Assembly (NCBI GenBank): GCA_964252035.1
Contig: OZ176207.1
Length of the DNA: 64,000 nucleotides
Strand: one strand, 5' to 3'
From: Podarcis erhardii
Taxonomy: Eukaryota
Shown here: piece after piece, positions 23,622-37,838 of the stretch
How the letters are laid out: the number at the start of each line of letters is the position of its first letter
Numbering within the stretch: the stretch's first letter is position 1
Translations under genes and position numbers: made by a program
Notes under the pieces: generated by a model
Database searches by the model: none
What the model was told of the DNA's origin: nothing
Seen by the model: only the letters and a program-made list of their open reading frames with translations

Positions 23622-25722
23622 CTTCTTTTAAAGTCAAAATTGCTATTCACAGTGGGGTAAGGTTTAGATACCTTTGTCTGCATTTTGCAATGAGCAAATG
23701 TGGCAAGTCAGTAAGCAGAGCCAATGCTTCTGGCCCCTCAGCTCTGGCTCATTTCAAATAACAGCTGCTATTAAAATGTGTTGCTGACTGAGACCTAGAG
23801 GCTACGAACCAATGTTTAATCTCATTTGATTGTGCTGAAACAGGGATGGGGACTTTGTGGCCCTCCAAATGTTGCTGCACTTCAGCTCCAATCAGCCGCT
23901 GCTAGCAAAGCAAGTGGGAGTTGGAACTCCAGCCACATGTGGAGAGCCACGGGCTCCCAACGCCTGGGCTAAGAGGCCCCAAGGGTGGCACTAATGTGAA
24001 AATGATGACCCCTCATATTGGAATTTGATCTCAGTTCTACTGCTGACTTCATTAACCCTGCTAACAGTGCCTGATGCCCAGTGCTCATTTTATAGTCTTT
24101 GGAACCTAAACATTGGTGCAACTATGCATGCATTTTTATATATGGAGCAGAGTTCAATGACTCAGTCCCAATGATTAAGCTTACAATGTTCTTTTAGATG
24201 CAGTACTATTTGGGTACAACTTCAAATCCCTACTCTGCTTTCTGCTTGGACAAATCATGCTTTCAGTATACCTACCTCATAAATGTGTTGTGGAAAAAAA
24301 CATATATGAAGAAGGTGCATGGTTAACACATGTGGGATGAAAATATTTGTATTTTTCGATTCAGCCAGATTTGGTATTACAGAAATGGAAAGACTGAACA
24401 ATACAGCAGTGGGCATATGCGGCCACCCTCTCATTTGCTGCAATATATAAAAGTAGTTACTAGGGTAGGTTTCTGCTTTGCGAGTTTTAGTTTGTCCATT
24501 CTCTGTTTCTGTAACAGTGCAGAGAACTGAAGTTATGGGCTACTTGTGAATAAAGTGTGCTTTGTAGTTAAAAAGCAAAGTATTCACATGTACTAAATGG
24601 AGCTGAACCCATAAGCCTTTCACGGAAAGTAAGAAGGGGAGCATTTTTATTTTATGAGTCCTTCTAGCTGCTTAGAAAAGAAGGCTGCTACACTTGAAAC
24701 TTGTGCACAGTTTCATCAGTGGCGGCAAATCTGGGAAGACTCCTAAGAGATACTGACCCACTTTTTAAAATAAAAATGCTACTAAATGCTACTAACAAAA
24801 TAACAGATGAAAATAAAAAGAAAGCACTCAGCAATGGTTGATATGTATTATAATGAAAAGTCTTAATCTGTTGAAAGTCAGAAGGGAAAACTGTTGAACA
24901 ATATTTTTAGCCTAATTCTAAGTGAATTAGTAGAATAATCTAAATTGAAATAAGGTCTGAGATGACTAGTAACAGCTTGTGGCATCTCAGATGTTAAAAA
25001 AGAGACACCGTGCTTTTTTTAAAAAAAGTGGGGATTTTGATGTCAGTCTGTATCTATTTTGGCCTTCAAGTTGATTTCTATATATGTTTTTATTGTTAAA
25101 TCGATCGAGGATGTTTCATGGAAAGTGATTCATAAGTAAAATAAAAGAATAATAAAATTGACTTCAAACTCTTTACTGGTCAAGCATTTAATGTCTGTTT
25201 TTGTATGGGAAGCAAGTGTCTATTTATATATTAGAAGGGTGTGTTGATAGATAAGAGAATAAATGCATGCATGTATTCATGTACCCATGTTTGGGTGGCT
25301 GAGAGGTGGTGGGGGCTGGATGGTGAAGAGATGGGCCTCATGGATGCATGAATAAGAGGAATGGCTGCACTAATGGATGGAGTATGACATGGAATCATAG
25401 AACTGCAGAGTTGAAAGGCACCCAAGGGTCATCTAGTCCAACCCCCTACAATGCAAGGATCCTGCCCCCTGCTGTCTCTGGGTGGGTATTACCAAAATGA
25501 TGTTTTGTACACCACATTCACCCAATGACCTAGAACCTCTGAAAGGAGGAGGCTAGTGTTTCCCCTGTTGCAAGAATATGAAATAGTCTTAGAGCATCTT
25601 GCAAGTTTGGGCAGAGAAAAACGTTGAGCCTTCACAAGATTTATGATGAGAACGCCTCAGCTGAAACTGTAAGGCACGGGTGGGCAGATCTCAGGCTTGC
25701 AGGATCTACTGTGTTTTAAATA

Positions 25723-26420
25723 CAGTGGTACCTTGGTTTTTGAACAGCTTAGTTCCGGAACAATTCAGAACCCGAATGCTGCAAACCCGGAAGTAGGTGT
25801 TCTGGTTTTTGAATTTGCCCCGGAAGCCAAATGTGCTCCTGAGCATCCGTTTTTACTGTTGCACAGCAAATTTCAGTCCCCCGCATAGTAATTAAGCCTT
25901 TTTTCTTCTTGCGTCTGCCCTTGCGCCACTCATCTGCCGCCCCCCCCCGTAATTAAAGCCTTCCGTTTCTGATTGCAGTGTTCTGAGGTGATATTTGGTG
26001 CTTTTGTTTTTGCTATTTTTTTGCGTTTTTGTGGCTTTTTCATTTTTGTGACTGTGGCTTGTTTTTCGTTTTATGATTGATTGTGTGACTGCGGAAATGG
26101 ATAAAAGCCCTCCATCCAAACAATGACTATCATGTGCAGGTAAGGAAAATGATTAATTTTAATATTTATCATCTACACTACTGTCTTATTTATTTTATAG
26201 TACAGAACATTGATTATTTCTTTCATTTTATGGATCAATGGTCTTGTTAGATAGCAAAATTCATGTTAAATTTCTGTTTTAGGGGTTGTTTTTAAAAGTC
26301 TAGAATGGATCAATCTGTTTTGCATTACTTTCTATGGGAAAGTGCGCCTTGGTTTTGGAACGCTTTGGTTTTGGAACGGATTTCCGGAATGGATTAAGTT
26401 TGAGAACCAAGGTACCACTG
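25723..26420. mobile_element. Tigger-like non-autonomous DNA transposon, about 700 bp
   Basis: TA|cagtggtaccttggtt ... aaccaaggtaccactg|TA TIRs. Confidence 0.9.
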
Positions 26421-27025
26421 TACTACAACCCCAAGAGTCACCAACTGGTTCACTTGCCTGAGCTGCTAAGAATCAACATGGAGACTTCTGCCTGCAAGTT
26501 CTGCCCAGAATTTGTTATCAGTGCCACAATAAAGGCCACGAGTTATTTTATGGAAAAAATCCACTCCTGTTCCCACCCACCAAGGCATTATTTCCCAGCA
26601 AACCTCTTTTTTTTTTCTTTTGCAAGGTGAAGGGAGCTTCTTAGTTGCTGCTATTTTAGACATTTGAGAATCACAAAGCTTAGCTGATCTACTTCAAACG
26701 GCCCAGAGATGTAGCTGAAGTTCTTAACCTACCTTCTGTTGTGAGGATGTTTGTCCTTATTTTAAGGCAAGTAAACACAACTTGTGATCCAGGCCCCCAG
26801 AAGCTCAATCTACCACTTCCATTTGTTGCCTGTCTAGCGCACTTCTTAGTTGATCTCAGTATCAATGCCCTGAACACTCTGTTCCACCAGTAGAGAGTGT
26901 TGCCTGGGCACAAGCATACCTCAACAGAATGCAACCCTAGATGCTATTTAGCTATGCCTAAAACCAGTTGGGAGTTTTTATTTGGGCCATAATAGCAACA
27001 AGACAGCCATATGGCACTTACTTAC

Positions 27026-27107
27026 CTTTTAAAATGTTCAACTTCCCGCTCAGTTTCATCCATTTCCACACTGTCTAGGTCAACATCTTTGGGCAAAAAC
27101 ACATCAT
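27026..27107 (-). CDS. FAM193A: FAM193A exon (D)DVFLPKDVDLDSVEMDETEREVEHFK
   Basis: ttttttgcag| ... AG|gtaagt, 82 bp, phase 1-2; FAM193 C-terminal domain. Confidence 0.95.
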
Positions 27108-27876
27108 CTGCAAAAAACACGTTGTAAAAACAAGATTATTTTCAATTACCTCTTTTCCCAAGGAAACAAATGGAAACATGCAACCTGAAGTAATTAAGCC
27201 TTTTAATCTGGTATAGGATATTGAAGAACTTTGGTCTTTAGAACTTAGCCACATTCTTAAGTTTAAGTTGGGGACTTCTGTAACGTGACCAGTGACCACT
27301 GAAATAGGGCCAGCAAAAGGCACCCTAAGGCAGAGGTGGGGAGCCACCAACCTATTAGGTAACTCTGGTGTGCAGAGTCTTCCCATTTTGCCAGGTATTC
27401 TCCGCCACAGCAGGAATCTTCTGTTAGGGCCAACAGAAAACTATGTTCAAGTGCAACTGCAGCACTGGAGGGGAAAGCAGACTCCTCTTTCCTCATGTGC
27501 CACAATTTCCCCACCAAAAATCACCCCACCCCCGGGTGACAAATAAGCTTGAAAACAGCTTTCTATTTATGTCAATGGAAGGCTGTTTTCAAGAATGTGG
27601 TGAGTGGGAATCTGCATGAAGATCGCACCTGGAGAGAGAAATTCCCTTTCCCTTGCCCCAGCTCCAATCTCCATGAAAATCACAGCCCCATCCTCCAGCA
27701 TTTAAGGCTAGGAAAAGAAATTCTCATATGCTTTTTTCAAGCTTAGTTGCTGAATGGAGTATGAATGAGAGAGGAGGGAAGCCAGATTGTGTTGTTCTTT
27801 TTTAAAAGTTGGTGCCTATGCACTGGGGGTGTGCTTGTGTGTTGCACAAGATATAATTTCATAAAAAAGAGACTGT

Positions 27877-28070
27877 TGTACACATACGACGCTGCCTTGT
27901 AATGAGTCAGACCATCAGGTCCATCTAATTTAGTATTGTCTGCACTGACTTGCTGAGGATCTTTGCGGTGTGAGAGAGAGGCCTTTCTCAGCCCCACCTG
28001 GAGATGACAGGGGTTGAAGCAGGGATCTTTCCCATGCAAATCATGTACTCTACCCCTCCCTGAGCTACAA
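27877..28070 (-). mobile_element. tRNA SINE (same family as 31128-31290)
   Basis: Reverse: gtagctcag...head and gacaatactaaattagatggacc...gtctgactc tail. Confidence 0.7.
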
Positions 28071-28204
28071 CACTTCTCAACTGAGCACAGGAGGCGACTT
28101 CTCAGTTTCAGGATTATTTCAGATAGTCCTCAATGTGACCAGAGATGTTTTGGAAGCATTAAACTATTTAAAATACACAACTAGCTAATGAAATAGAGGC
28201 TTAC

Positions 28205-28994
28205 CAATTGAGGAGTTCCCTTTGTCACTTTTCTTTTTCTTATTTTTCTTGCTCTTGCCTTTTGGCTGTGGAGATTCTTGTAGTAGAAGCTTATTATGCA
28301 GCTGTTCATTTGGAAATAAGGAGCCTCTCACAAAAGGTGACTTTGTCACAGGATTAATTTGCTTTGCTTTATTTGTGCTTACTTTTTTCTCCTCTTTTTT
28401 GGAGACGGCAAGTGACTGAAGTTCTGCCACTTTTATTTTAGAATTTATTTTGTTTTTTATTTTAGGTGGAGTCTGTATATCAGTTGCTTTGGAAGACTTT
28501 TTCAATCGTTGAGAAAACAGATCATTTATTTGTGTTATCTGCTCTTTGTTGTTATCTTCTGTGTGGTGATGCATTATGTTAAGAAGCAAAGAAAGGGGTT
28601 CATGTGATTTCGCAGTCATCTCTGTATTGAAAAGCAATTTTGAGTCTCTACCATTTATTGGATTTGATGGGTCAAAGCACTTTTCATAAACTGGCCCCTG
28701 TTCAACATGATCTGCATGTTTAGACAGTGATTCAGATGATGTTTCTATTTCATCAAGGAATTCATTCTGAATGTTTTCTGGGATGTCAGGGGAAGGCTTC
28801 ATCATTACTTGACAATTCTGAGTATGCACCTGTACTTGTTGGCAGTTTATGCTGGTTCTCTCTTTCTTCTTTTTCTTAATGTGTTGTAACTCTTGTAGTT
28901 GTTGTGCCCCTCTATCTTCTTGCTGTTGCTGTTCTAGTAGCTGATGATGTTCCTTTTCTCTAGCTTTGGTTTCAATGTGGGCCTTTTCTTTTAA
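28205..28994 (-). CDS. FAM193A: FAM193A large exon LKEKAHIETK...KSKKNKKKKSDKGNSSI
   Basis: Within ORF 28185-29072; tcttcccag| ... G|gtaagc, 790 bp, phase 0-1; ESPQPKGKSKKNKKKK motif. Confidence 0.92.
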
Positions 28995-29391
28995 CTGGGA
29001 AGACAACAGTTTACCTTTCTTACAATGGCATGAAGATTCCAAAAACGTAAGTTGATGTAGGGCTGGATTCAACTAACTGATCACACCAGAAGAAGCCCAT
29101 GCAAGGACTTCAACTAGTGCAAGAGGACCTTCTCCCCCTCCCCCTCCCCCAATTGTCTCAGGTTAGGTGGGAAAGCCCTCAAAGCAGCACATGGAGCAAA
29201 CATTTTCCATCAGGAAATCTGCTCAGCGCTGTATTTAATTCTTCCTGGAGATACAGAAATATAGTTTTGATATAGCTCATATAGCACACACTGGCTGCGA
29301 TTCAACTAAATTTTACTGAGAGTAGAACCGTTGATATTAATGGACCTAACTTAGTTATGTTCATTAATTTCAATTAGTCTACTTAGATATT

Positions 29392-29629
29392 CCTGCCCAC
29401 CTAGCAGTTTGAAAGCACGACAAAGTGCAAGTAGATAAATAGGTACCACTCCAGTGGGAAGGTAAATGGCATTTCCGTGCGCTGCTCTGGTTCGCCAGAA
29501 GTGGCTTAGTCATGCTGGCCACATGACCCGGAAGCTGTACGCCGGCTCCCTTGGTCTATAGAGCGAGATGAGCGCGCAACCCCATAGTCGTCCACGACTG
29601 GACTTTATGGTCAGGGGCACCTTTACCTT
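29392..29629 (-). mobile_element. Sauria SINE (Squam1-like), 3' truncated
   Basis: Reverse starts gtaaaggtaaaggtgcccctgacc; 12-bp TSD tacttagatatt at 29380-29391 and 29630-29641. Confidence 0.9.
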
Positions 29630-29879
29630 TACTTAGATATTAAAGCATTTGAACACAGTTTGATCTCCAAAAAGAGTCCAAAGTGGCTTTTAACAGCAGC
29701 AACAACAACAGTTTAAACAACCTACTAATAAAAACAAAAAGTAACAACGCAACAAGAGTTAAAAACTTAACACCCAAAAGTCATCTCTGAAAATAATTTT
29801 GTGAAACATCTTAAAAATAGTATTATCACCACTGAAACACCTTGAGTAGCTCATTTTCATGCCTTTCAATAAATGGCTA

Positions 29880-30125
<246 letters not shown>

Positions 30126-30770
30126 CTAACAGAAAATTTATAAACTCATAGTAAATACTGAAAAATCACTTGAATTTTAGCATTCAGAAACAAAGGCAGT
30201 TAAAAAGATGTCCATATAGAAGAACTTTGCAAAACACAAATAATCAGGCTTAAGAGGCAGCATGGGCAGAGCTGCACAACTCCTTCCAGGCCCTTAAGGG
30301 CGGCCCAGCGTGGCTTGACAGCCCAGGTTAGGAGCTCTAATCAGCACAGGTGGCGGCTGTAGAGACATCCAACCTTGCAGGCTTCCTCTACTCATGTTGC
30401 CTCTGAAGGTGATCATTCATGCCTGAAGAGGACTCTAGCATAATGATCACAAGTGTTGTAAGAAAATACTTCAGGCCAGACATTAAGCTCCATGTAAATT
30501 TACAAATGCTAAGATTCAATTGTTGGAACGTCAAAATGTATGTAACAGAAATTTATGCTGCCCTAATAATGCATTTGCTAACAACTGCAAAATTTGTTAG
30601 AGCTAAAAATGGCAGAAATCCATGAATGCCTACAAAATTTGGATCACAAGAGTATGGGAAACAGCTAATTGCTCAAACTGAGTGAAATTTTGAGGTTAAG
30701 AGTTGGAAGGCAACACAGAGAAATACTTTTAGTTTTTAGAACATATAATTCAAACATGTATTTACAACTA

Positions 30771-30935
30771 CAGTTGAACCTTGGAAGTTGAACGGAATCC
30801 ATTCCAGAAGTCCGTTCGACTTCCAAAACGATCAGAAATGAAAGCACAGCTTTTGATTTGCTGTAGGACCAGAACTGCCACTTCTGGGTTTGCAGTGTTT
30901 GGGAGCCAAAATGTTCGAGAACTAAGGTACTACTG
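30771..30935. mobile_element. Tigger-like MITE
   Basis: TA|cagttgaaccttgg ... ctaaggtactactg|TA. Confidence 0.8.
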
Positions 30936-31329
30936 TAATTTTCAAAACTTTAAATTTAAAGTTACCGTATTTTTCGCTCTATAGGATGCACCCGACCATA
31001 GGACGCACCTTGTTTTAGAGGGGGAGAACAAGCTAAGCTAAGGAATAGGAAAGGACCAACATGCCACGTCAAGTCTTTTGATGCAGATAAAACCCATCCA
31101 TTTATCCACCTGACTTTGGAATACAGGAAGACGTCTTATACCTAGTCAGACCACTGGCCCATCTAGCTCAGCACTGTCTACACTGACTGGCAGTGGCTCT
31201 TGAGATAGGAGCTTGTCCTAGTCCTCTCTGGAGAAACCAGGAATTCAGCCTCAGACCTTCTGTTCAGAAGCAGTGAGTCTCTCCCCCTGCTGTTGACTCT
31301 CCACAATGCCTAACATGAAGTGGGAATTA

Positions 31330-31478
31330 CTGTATTTTTCTGTGTATAAGACTATATTTTCCCCCAATTTTTTAAAGTTTAAAATTGGGGGTCATCTTAT
31401 ATACAGAATGTTGCAATTATTTATTTCTGAATTTTGGGCTCAAAAAATAGGGGTCATCTTATACATGGAAAAATATGG
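31330..31478. mobile_element. pogo/Tc1-like MITE
   Basis: TA|ctgtatttttctgtgtataaga ... tcttatacatggaaaaatatgg|TA. Confidence 0.75.
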
Positions 31479-31484
31479 TAGTTA

Positions 31485-31808
<324 letters not shown>

Positions 31809-31904
31809 TTAACCCAGTTTCTTAAATCAGTCTAGAAAGCAACAGGAAAACAATCAACCAAGTATAATACTCCATGCATATGATGAAGTGGGTCCTATTC
31901 TATA

Positions 31905-32759
31905 CACTGGTGCCAACTCTAGGGGGCTCTGGGTGCCAGGGCACCCACAATTCTTTTGTGGGTGCTGAGCACCCCCACCGCGTGGCTCCGGTGCAACTTC
32001 TGGTTTCTACCAGAAGTCGCGTTGGAGGCCTGTAGTGACCTCTGAAGTGACGTACAAGACCCCGCGAAGCTATGGAAGCGACTAATAAAGTCCCTGATAA
32101 AGAGAATTGGCAATTTAAAATGATAGAATATGCATGGTTAGCAGGTCTAACAAGTAAAATAAGAGAGCAAGAAGATCTAGCATACAAAGAGTAGTTGAAT
32201 TTTTGTGTGGAGCATTTGGGAAATAACTGTAAATGAGTGAAAATGCTAGCAGGATTAAGGTAAACTCAACAGTATAATATATAATAAGGGAAGAATAAAG
32301 GGAGGAAGGGAACTAAATGGATATGTAAGATAATGCAGGAATGGTGGGAAGAATAAAAGGAACCAGGGAAGGGGAAGAAGAGAAGTCATTGAATGTTTTA
32401 ATTAAAAGAAAGATATTAACAGTGGAAATGTATATTTGAATGTGATTTTGCCCAAGTAATAATGAAAATTATAAATAAAAATAATAAAAAAAAGAAAAGA
32501 AACCGCCGGAAGCCGTGAGGCCCCGCGAGGTCTCGGAAGCAACACCTAAGGCCCTGCCAGGTCTCTGAACACGACTTCCAGTATAAACCGGAGGTTGTGT
32601 TGGAGATCTCACAAGGCCTCCACAATGTGACCTTCAAGGCCCTGCGAGGCCCTGGAAGCACAGCTGTGGCTTCGGCGTCATAACATGACGTCATGATGTC
32701 ATGTTATGCTGCGGGTGCCACTGGGCACCCATAATCTGGGACCCAAGTCGGCACCCCTG
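31905..32759. mobile_element. hAT-like element interrupted by an L1/Tx1 3' fragment (about 32085-32500)
   Basis: Termini cactggtgccaact / agtcggcacccctg are imperfect TIRs; the internal A-rich insert ends in an A-rich tail. Confidence 0.6.
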
Positions 32760-33329
32760 ATTTCACAAAACCTTTTGTTACAACATGTCTATAAATGCTT
32801 GACCCCAGACAGACACACTGCTCTCTCTTTGTTCCCAAGTTGTACTGCTGCTTTCCACCAATCCCAAATCCCTTCCCTGAACTGTGTGTCTTGTATCCTG
32901 AAATCATGGTCCTTTCTCTCACATTCCATCAACGTGCAAGTGAAAGGATAAGCAAATAATCTCCTTCTCCTCAAACCCTATTTGTACAGTGCCCTTCATT
33001 CAAAGATCACAGGGCGGATCACAACAGAAAAATACAAAACGAAGACCAACCGGTCAGTAGTCACTTAATTTTCCGAATCCAGGGAGGGTTTCTTGAGGAA
33101 TGGTTTCACCACTGCAGGCAGGGACTACCTCCTCTTCCAGGGAGGCATTAATCACCCCCCTGCCTACCCAGCTGTCCCCTACCTGCTAGTTTTTATCAGG
33201 CAGGAGGGGCAAAGGTCCAGAGCATGAACCCCTTGTCCACATCCTTCAGTCTTACTAACTGAAACTCATCCAGCACAACAAGACCTGACAGTGCCCTGGA
33301 CACCCTTTGAGATTCATTTGGTATAATAG

Positions 33330-34140
33330 CCTAGTCAAGGTCATAGTGGATGCAAGGGGTTTTATCCTCCAAATACTTTGTAAACAAGTTACAGCAAGCT
33401 GCCCTCAGTTCTGCCACCTCCTTTGGGTCAGACTGTAAGTGGCCCTGCACTACCCAGAAAAGCTCCGCCAGATGGCACAATGAGGATGCAATGGAGGCAA
33501 CAAAGTCTGCCTTCTTTGCTGCCTTCTCTGCCACTAGGTTAGCTCAGTGATTAGCCCTCACCAGCGTTAGACTGCATTCAATCAGATCTTTCCTCCACAC
33601 ATGTTCAAGCTGCTTCCCAGCTTGTTTCCTTGTTCTATGCTCTGGAATATACCAAAGAATCAAGTGGGAGAGGGTGCTCAGGGGTAATCGTATCAATGGC
33701 CTGAGCCATTTGTATGTTCCAGGGGTCAACCGCGGCACCAATCATATCAGCTGGAAAAACCCCTGAACTGTATGGAAACTCAATGGATCATCCCTCAAGG
33801 ACAGAGCATCCTAATTGGTCCTCCTGCCTCTGCAGAGAAAAGGTGCTGAAAGCTAAATCTCAACAAATAGTGATCTCACCATGGCAAGGGACTGATGACA
33901 ATATCGCCCACTTTCATATCACCCTCTTCCTGCCCCGTTGAGAATACAAGTTCCAGAGTGCGGCCTGCCATGTGTTGGGCTAGTGACATGTTGGGCCAGT
34001 CCCACTGTCGTCATGGCAGTCATGAAGTCCTGAGCCACCCCACAGCTAGTCGCCTCAGCATGGATGTTGAAGTCTCTCAGAACCAGCCGTCTGGGAGTCC
34101 TCCACACCACCTCTGAGACCAGGTCTGTCAGCTCAGTGAA
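33330..34140 (-). mobile_element. L2 LINE ORF2 remnants (endonuclease and linker)
   Basis: LVLRDFNIHAE...AQDFMTAMTTVGL...SPTH (L2 EN) and AKKADFVASIASS...AELFWVV (linker) in ORFs 33919-34110 and 33331-33534. Confidence 0.75.
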
Positions 34141-36989
34141 CCCTTATCTATCCAAATTGTCCAGTGTCAGGACGCTACTGCAACTATTCCCATTTTGTCC
34201 AAGTCAAAGCTGAACTGCACAGCAGTGGTACCAATTGATCTCACTATCCCTCCTCCCACCCACCCCATTTTCTGCGAAAGCCTCATAATTGCTGTTTAAG
34301 TAGTTTCGATTTTTCTAAAGAAGTTTATTTGTGGACTCGTTTCTATTTCTCCCTGAGTACCTTACAAGGGCACATCACTTTCCCAGACTAAATATTCTAA
34401 ATGTTACCCATGCCACTGGATCCTTGGAATTCTTTTTGTATGTTAGCAGGACCATTCTCCACCAGACTGACATCAGTCTGGAATATGACCAGGGATGCAT
34501 TGAGAACAGTATTCCCCTATTTGAGCAAATTCCTCTAAGCATTCATGTTCACAAGAGCTTATTCCCTGAAGTAGCCTGCAGATGTGTTTACACACATTTC
34601 CTGAGTAAGCTTGCTAACAGCTGGAAGGCAAGCCTTTTGTACTTAACAGCTGATATGGTGTGAAGAATGCAGAGTCCATTAGGGACTCAGATATTTGTAC
34701 CCAGATATTAGGGATATACCTCAAGATAAAGAAAAAGGGAATTCAAATGGATAGAAAAATAATTAATATGGATTTCAACCACTTTTTGGGTGCAACACTG
34801 CTACATATTTTGGCTGGTCTTATTAATTTTACATGAGTTTTAGCAATGTTTGAATGGGTTTATTTGATTAGGGTTCTGTATTTTTAGCTACCGTGATGCT
34901 TTTCTAAGAAAAATTGTGGGATAAAAATATAAAGAACGTAAGGAATGAATCAATATATAGATCAGCAACTCCATACCATAGTAGCAGCTCTGACACATTT
35001 ATCTTGCTTTTTAATTAAGGCAAAGAACAAATGTTATATGGTTACTTGTACTAACACTGTGGGTTTAACTGATTTGAGAATCATAGGATGATGTTGTTAT
35101 TAAATTATAATTAACAATAACAACAATGAATTAACGGCTTCCTTTTCCGTTCTGCGCCAGGAATAGATCCTCCCTCAACATCATGGGAGTCGCAGATGAA
35201 GATGAAAGAGAATGGTGGGGGTTAAACTGTTTTCTGCATTCCTCTCAGGGTTTGGGAGGAACAGGCTTTTTTCACCCGCAGTTTGCCGTGTGGTTTGGCA
35301 CTCACTTCCCAAGCAATGCAAAGGCAGGCAAAGGCCCTGGGTGCAGGAGCACTCCATCTGTCGATGTTAGAGAAGACATAAATGCTAACTGAGAATTAAC
35401 CTTGCCTTCAGCTTTTATATAACAAAGCTTGCTTGACATAAGAACAGTCATAATTTATTTCTAAAATCCATTTTACTCTTCTGAGTGACCCTGTTAGTTT
35501 CACAAGCTTAAGCAAGTTTTTATTTAAAAATAGATGACAGCTGAAACTGTTTCTTTAGCAAGCTTCAGTAGCAAGAAACCACAAGACTTGTTTTTGCCAA
35601 TTTTGAAGAAGGTACCCTTTGCAAGCAACAAATGTTTCCTCTTGGTCAACCCTCTTGATGATTGCAGCTTGTTTTGCAGACCCTATAAGAATTTGCTTTG
35701 CTGTTTGTTCAATTGTCAATCTCTCCTTGTGGTGTGAACCAGAGAGGACTGGCTATTTCAGCTGAAATAAATTAGGTGTTGTACCTATCCGTTTTGTCCT
35801 GACTCCTCTTTCCTGGTAGGGGTTTTGGCTGCTCATCCAAGGAAGAACCTCAGCTGCAAGTTTTCTGCAACACCGAAACCCCCTGACTCCATTCCTGGAA
35901 GCAGAGGTTAGCCTTCTAATTGAATTTTAATTGGAAATTAAAGTACAGGTGTGTGCCAGAAGAGATGAGTTTACAAACTGTAGGACAACCCAGCTGCATG
36001 GATTAAAGGTATGAACTGAGCAGCTAATATTTCATTCGGTGCCAGAGATGGTGGAAGGAGGGGAGCCCATGGCTGGCTTATTTAAAAAAATATTATATAT
36101 ATTTATGATTTGGCAACCCTCCTCGGAATGCAAGTAAAAATTATAAATATACAAGTGAGGTTGGAAGAAACTGGATTATTAAAATGGAATTTAACAACAA
36201 AAATGGAAACTGTGTGTGACCTGAAACAAAAGGAAGGACTATGTTGGAAATATAAAGCCAACCCTACCCATCCTCTACTAGCTACAAAGGAAAGTGGAAA
36301 AAAGACGGAGAAGACTTGAATTTAATGTAACTTTGAAGGATAATTAGCCATAAATTCTCAGCTGTAAGGAATCACATACCACTCTTCCCAAGCTGAGAAA
36401 AAAATGGCAAGAACAGTTTATTTACTGGGGCAGAGAGGCTCCAGGAAGCTGCTGTTTGTGTTCTCTGTGCAAAGCAACGAATAGCAATGCAGAGACTTCT
36501 GGAAAACAATGGAACAACAGCTCCACCCAAAGACATAGCATCATATATGAACAAGAAGAAACATACTGGACAAAGTAATTGCCACATGCAGGAAAGAACA
36601 ATGACAACACTTACAAGTTCCTCACCTGAAGTTTTATAAATTATTGAATGTAACAATATGAACAGAAATCATTAAAATTGCAGCTGTTTTATAAGGGGTT
36701 ATCATTATAACTGGAATGTAACTGAAATTAGTGAGATTTTGGAACACATAAAATAAAATAAAATCAGGAAGCCATCAAATCTAGCACATGGGGGGCACTT
36801 TAATTAAAATGTATAATTTGGGATTTGAACAATCTGTATTAATAACTGTATTAATTGGATATGAATTGGTATTGGTATAATGTGGCTATTATTGGAATAA
36901 TATTGGAAAACTAATAAAATTTTTTTTTTACAAAACCAATGAATTAACAAGCAAATAAATTCTAAAGGCACCGAGAATAATAATAATAA

Positions 36990-37480
36990 TAACAATAACA
37001 ATAATTTATTATTTATACGCTGCCCATCTGGCTGGGTTTCCTCAGCCACTCTGGGCGGCTCCCAACAGAATTAAAAGCACACTAAAACATCAAACTTTAA
37101 AAACCTCCCTAAACAGGGCTGCTTTCAGATGTCTTCTAAAAGTCAGACAGTTGTTTACAGTGGTACCTCGGGTTAAGTACTTAATTTGTTCCGGAGGTCC
37201 GTTCTTAACCTGAAACTGTTCTTAACCTGAAGCACCACTTTAGCTAATGGGGCCTCCTGCTGCCGCCGCGCCACCGAAGCCCGATTTCTGTTCTCATCCT
37301 GAAGCAAAGTTCTTAACCTGAAGCACTATTTCTGGGTTAGCGGGAGGGCATTCCACAGGGCAGGCACCACCACCAAGAAGGCCCTCTGCCTGGTTCCCTG
37401 TAACCTCACTGTGCTCGGAAACGTACTGGGAGCCAATGTAGGTCTTTCAGGACCAGTGTTATATGGTCTCGGCGTCCAAG
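36990..37480 (-). mobile_element. L2 3' fragment with nested Tigger-like MITE piece (37158-37342)
   Basis: RAFLVVVPALWNALP in ORF 37326-37583; TA|cagtggtacctcgggttaag insertion. Confidence 0.75.
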
Positions 37481-37561
37481 TATTAATCACATCTTTTGGC
37501 CATGTTGTGGTTTTTAAATTTCTATTTTTAAATAAAAATGTAAAGACAAACAAAACCTCAC

Positions 37562-37838
37562 CTGCAAACACTTGATGGAGCACTAATTAAGCTCTCTGTG
37601 GTTGAAAGAGGTGGAACTGTCATGGGATAAAGACCTGAATGGGAATCCACAAAGCTGGGTGCAGTTGTGGTAACTCTGGAGAAAGATGAAGCATTAGGAC
37701 TTGGCAGATGGGGAGTAGAAACTGGAGGAAGCACCACAGGAGAAAGGAAAGGAAGTGGCACAAAATTTGTGGGATTTTGAGGTGCAGCCAATGCAGAACA
37801 TCTGTGATCCTCTGAACTGATATTGTGGAATACATCAC
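37562..37838 (-). CDS. FAM193A: FAM193A exon (G)DVFHNISSEDHR...ISAPSSVC
   Basis: tatttag| ... AG|gtgagg, 277 bp, phase 1-2. Confidence 0.9.

Noticed and set aside
28222-28419. Plus-strand hydrophobic ORF MSLFFFLFFLLLPF...
   Set aside because: Antisense shadow of the Lys-rich FAM193A exon 28205-28994.
35140-36070. Apparently non-repetitive intronic block with short ORFs (35183, 35534)
   Set aside because: No homology, splice logic or structure recognisable by eye; would need a conservation track.
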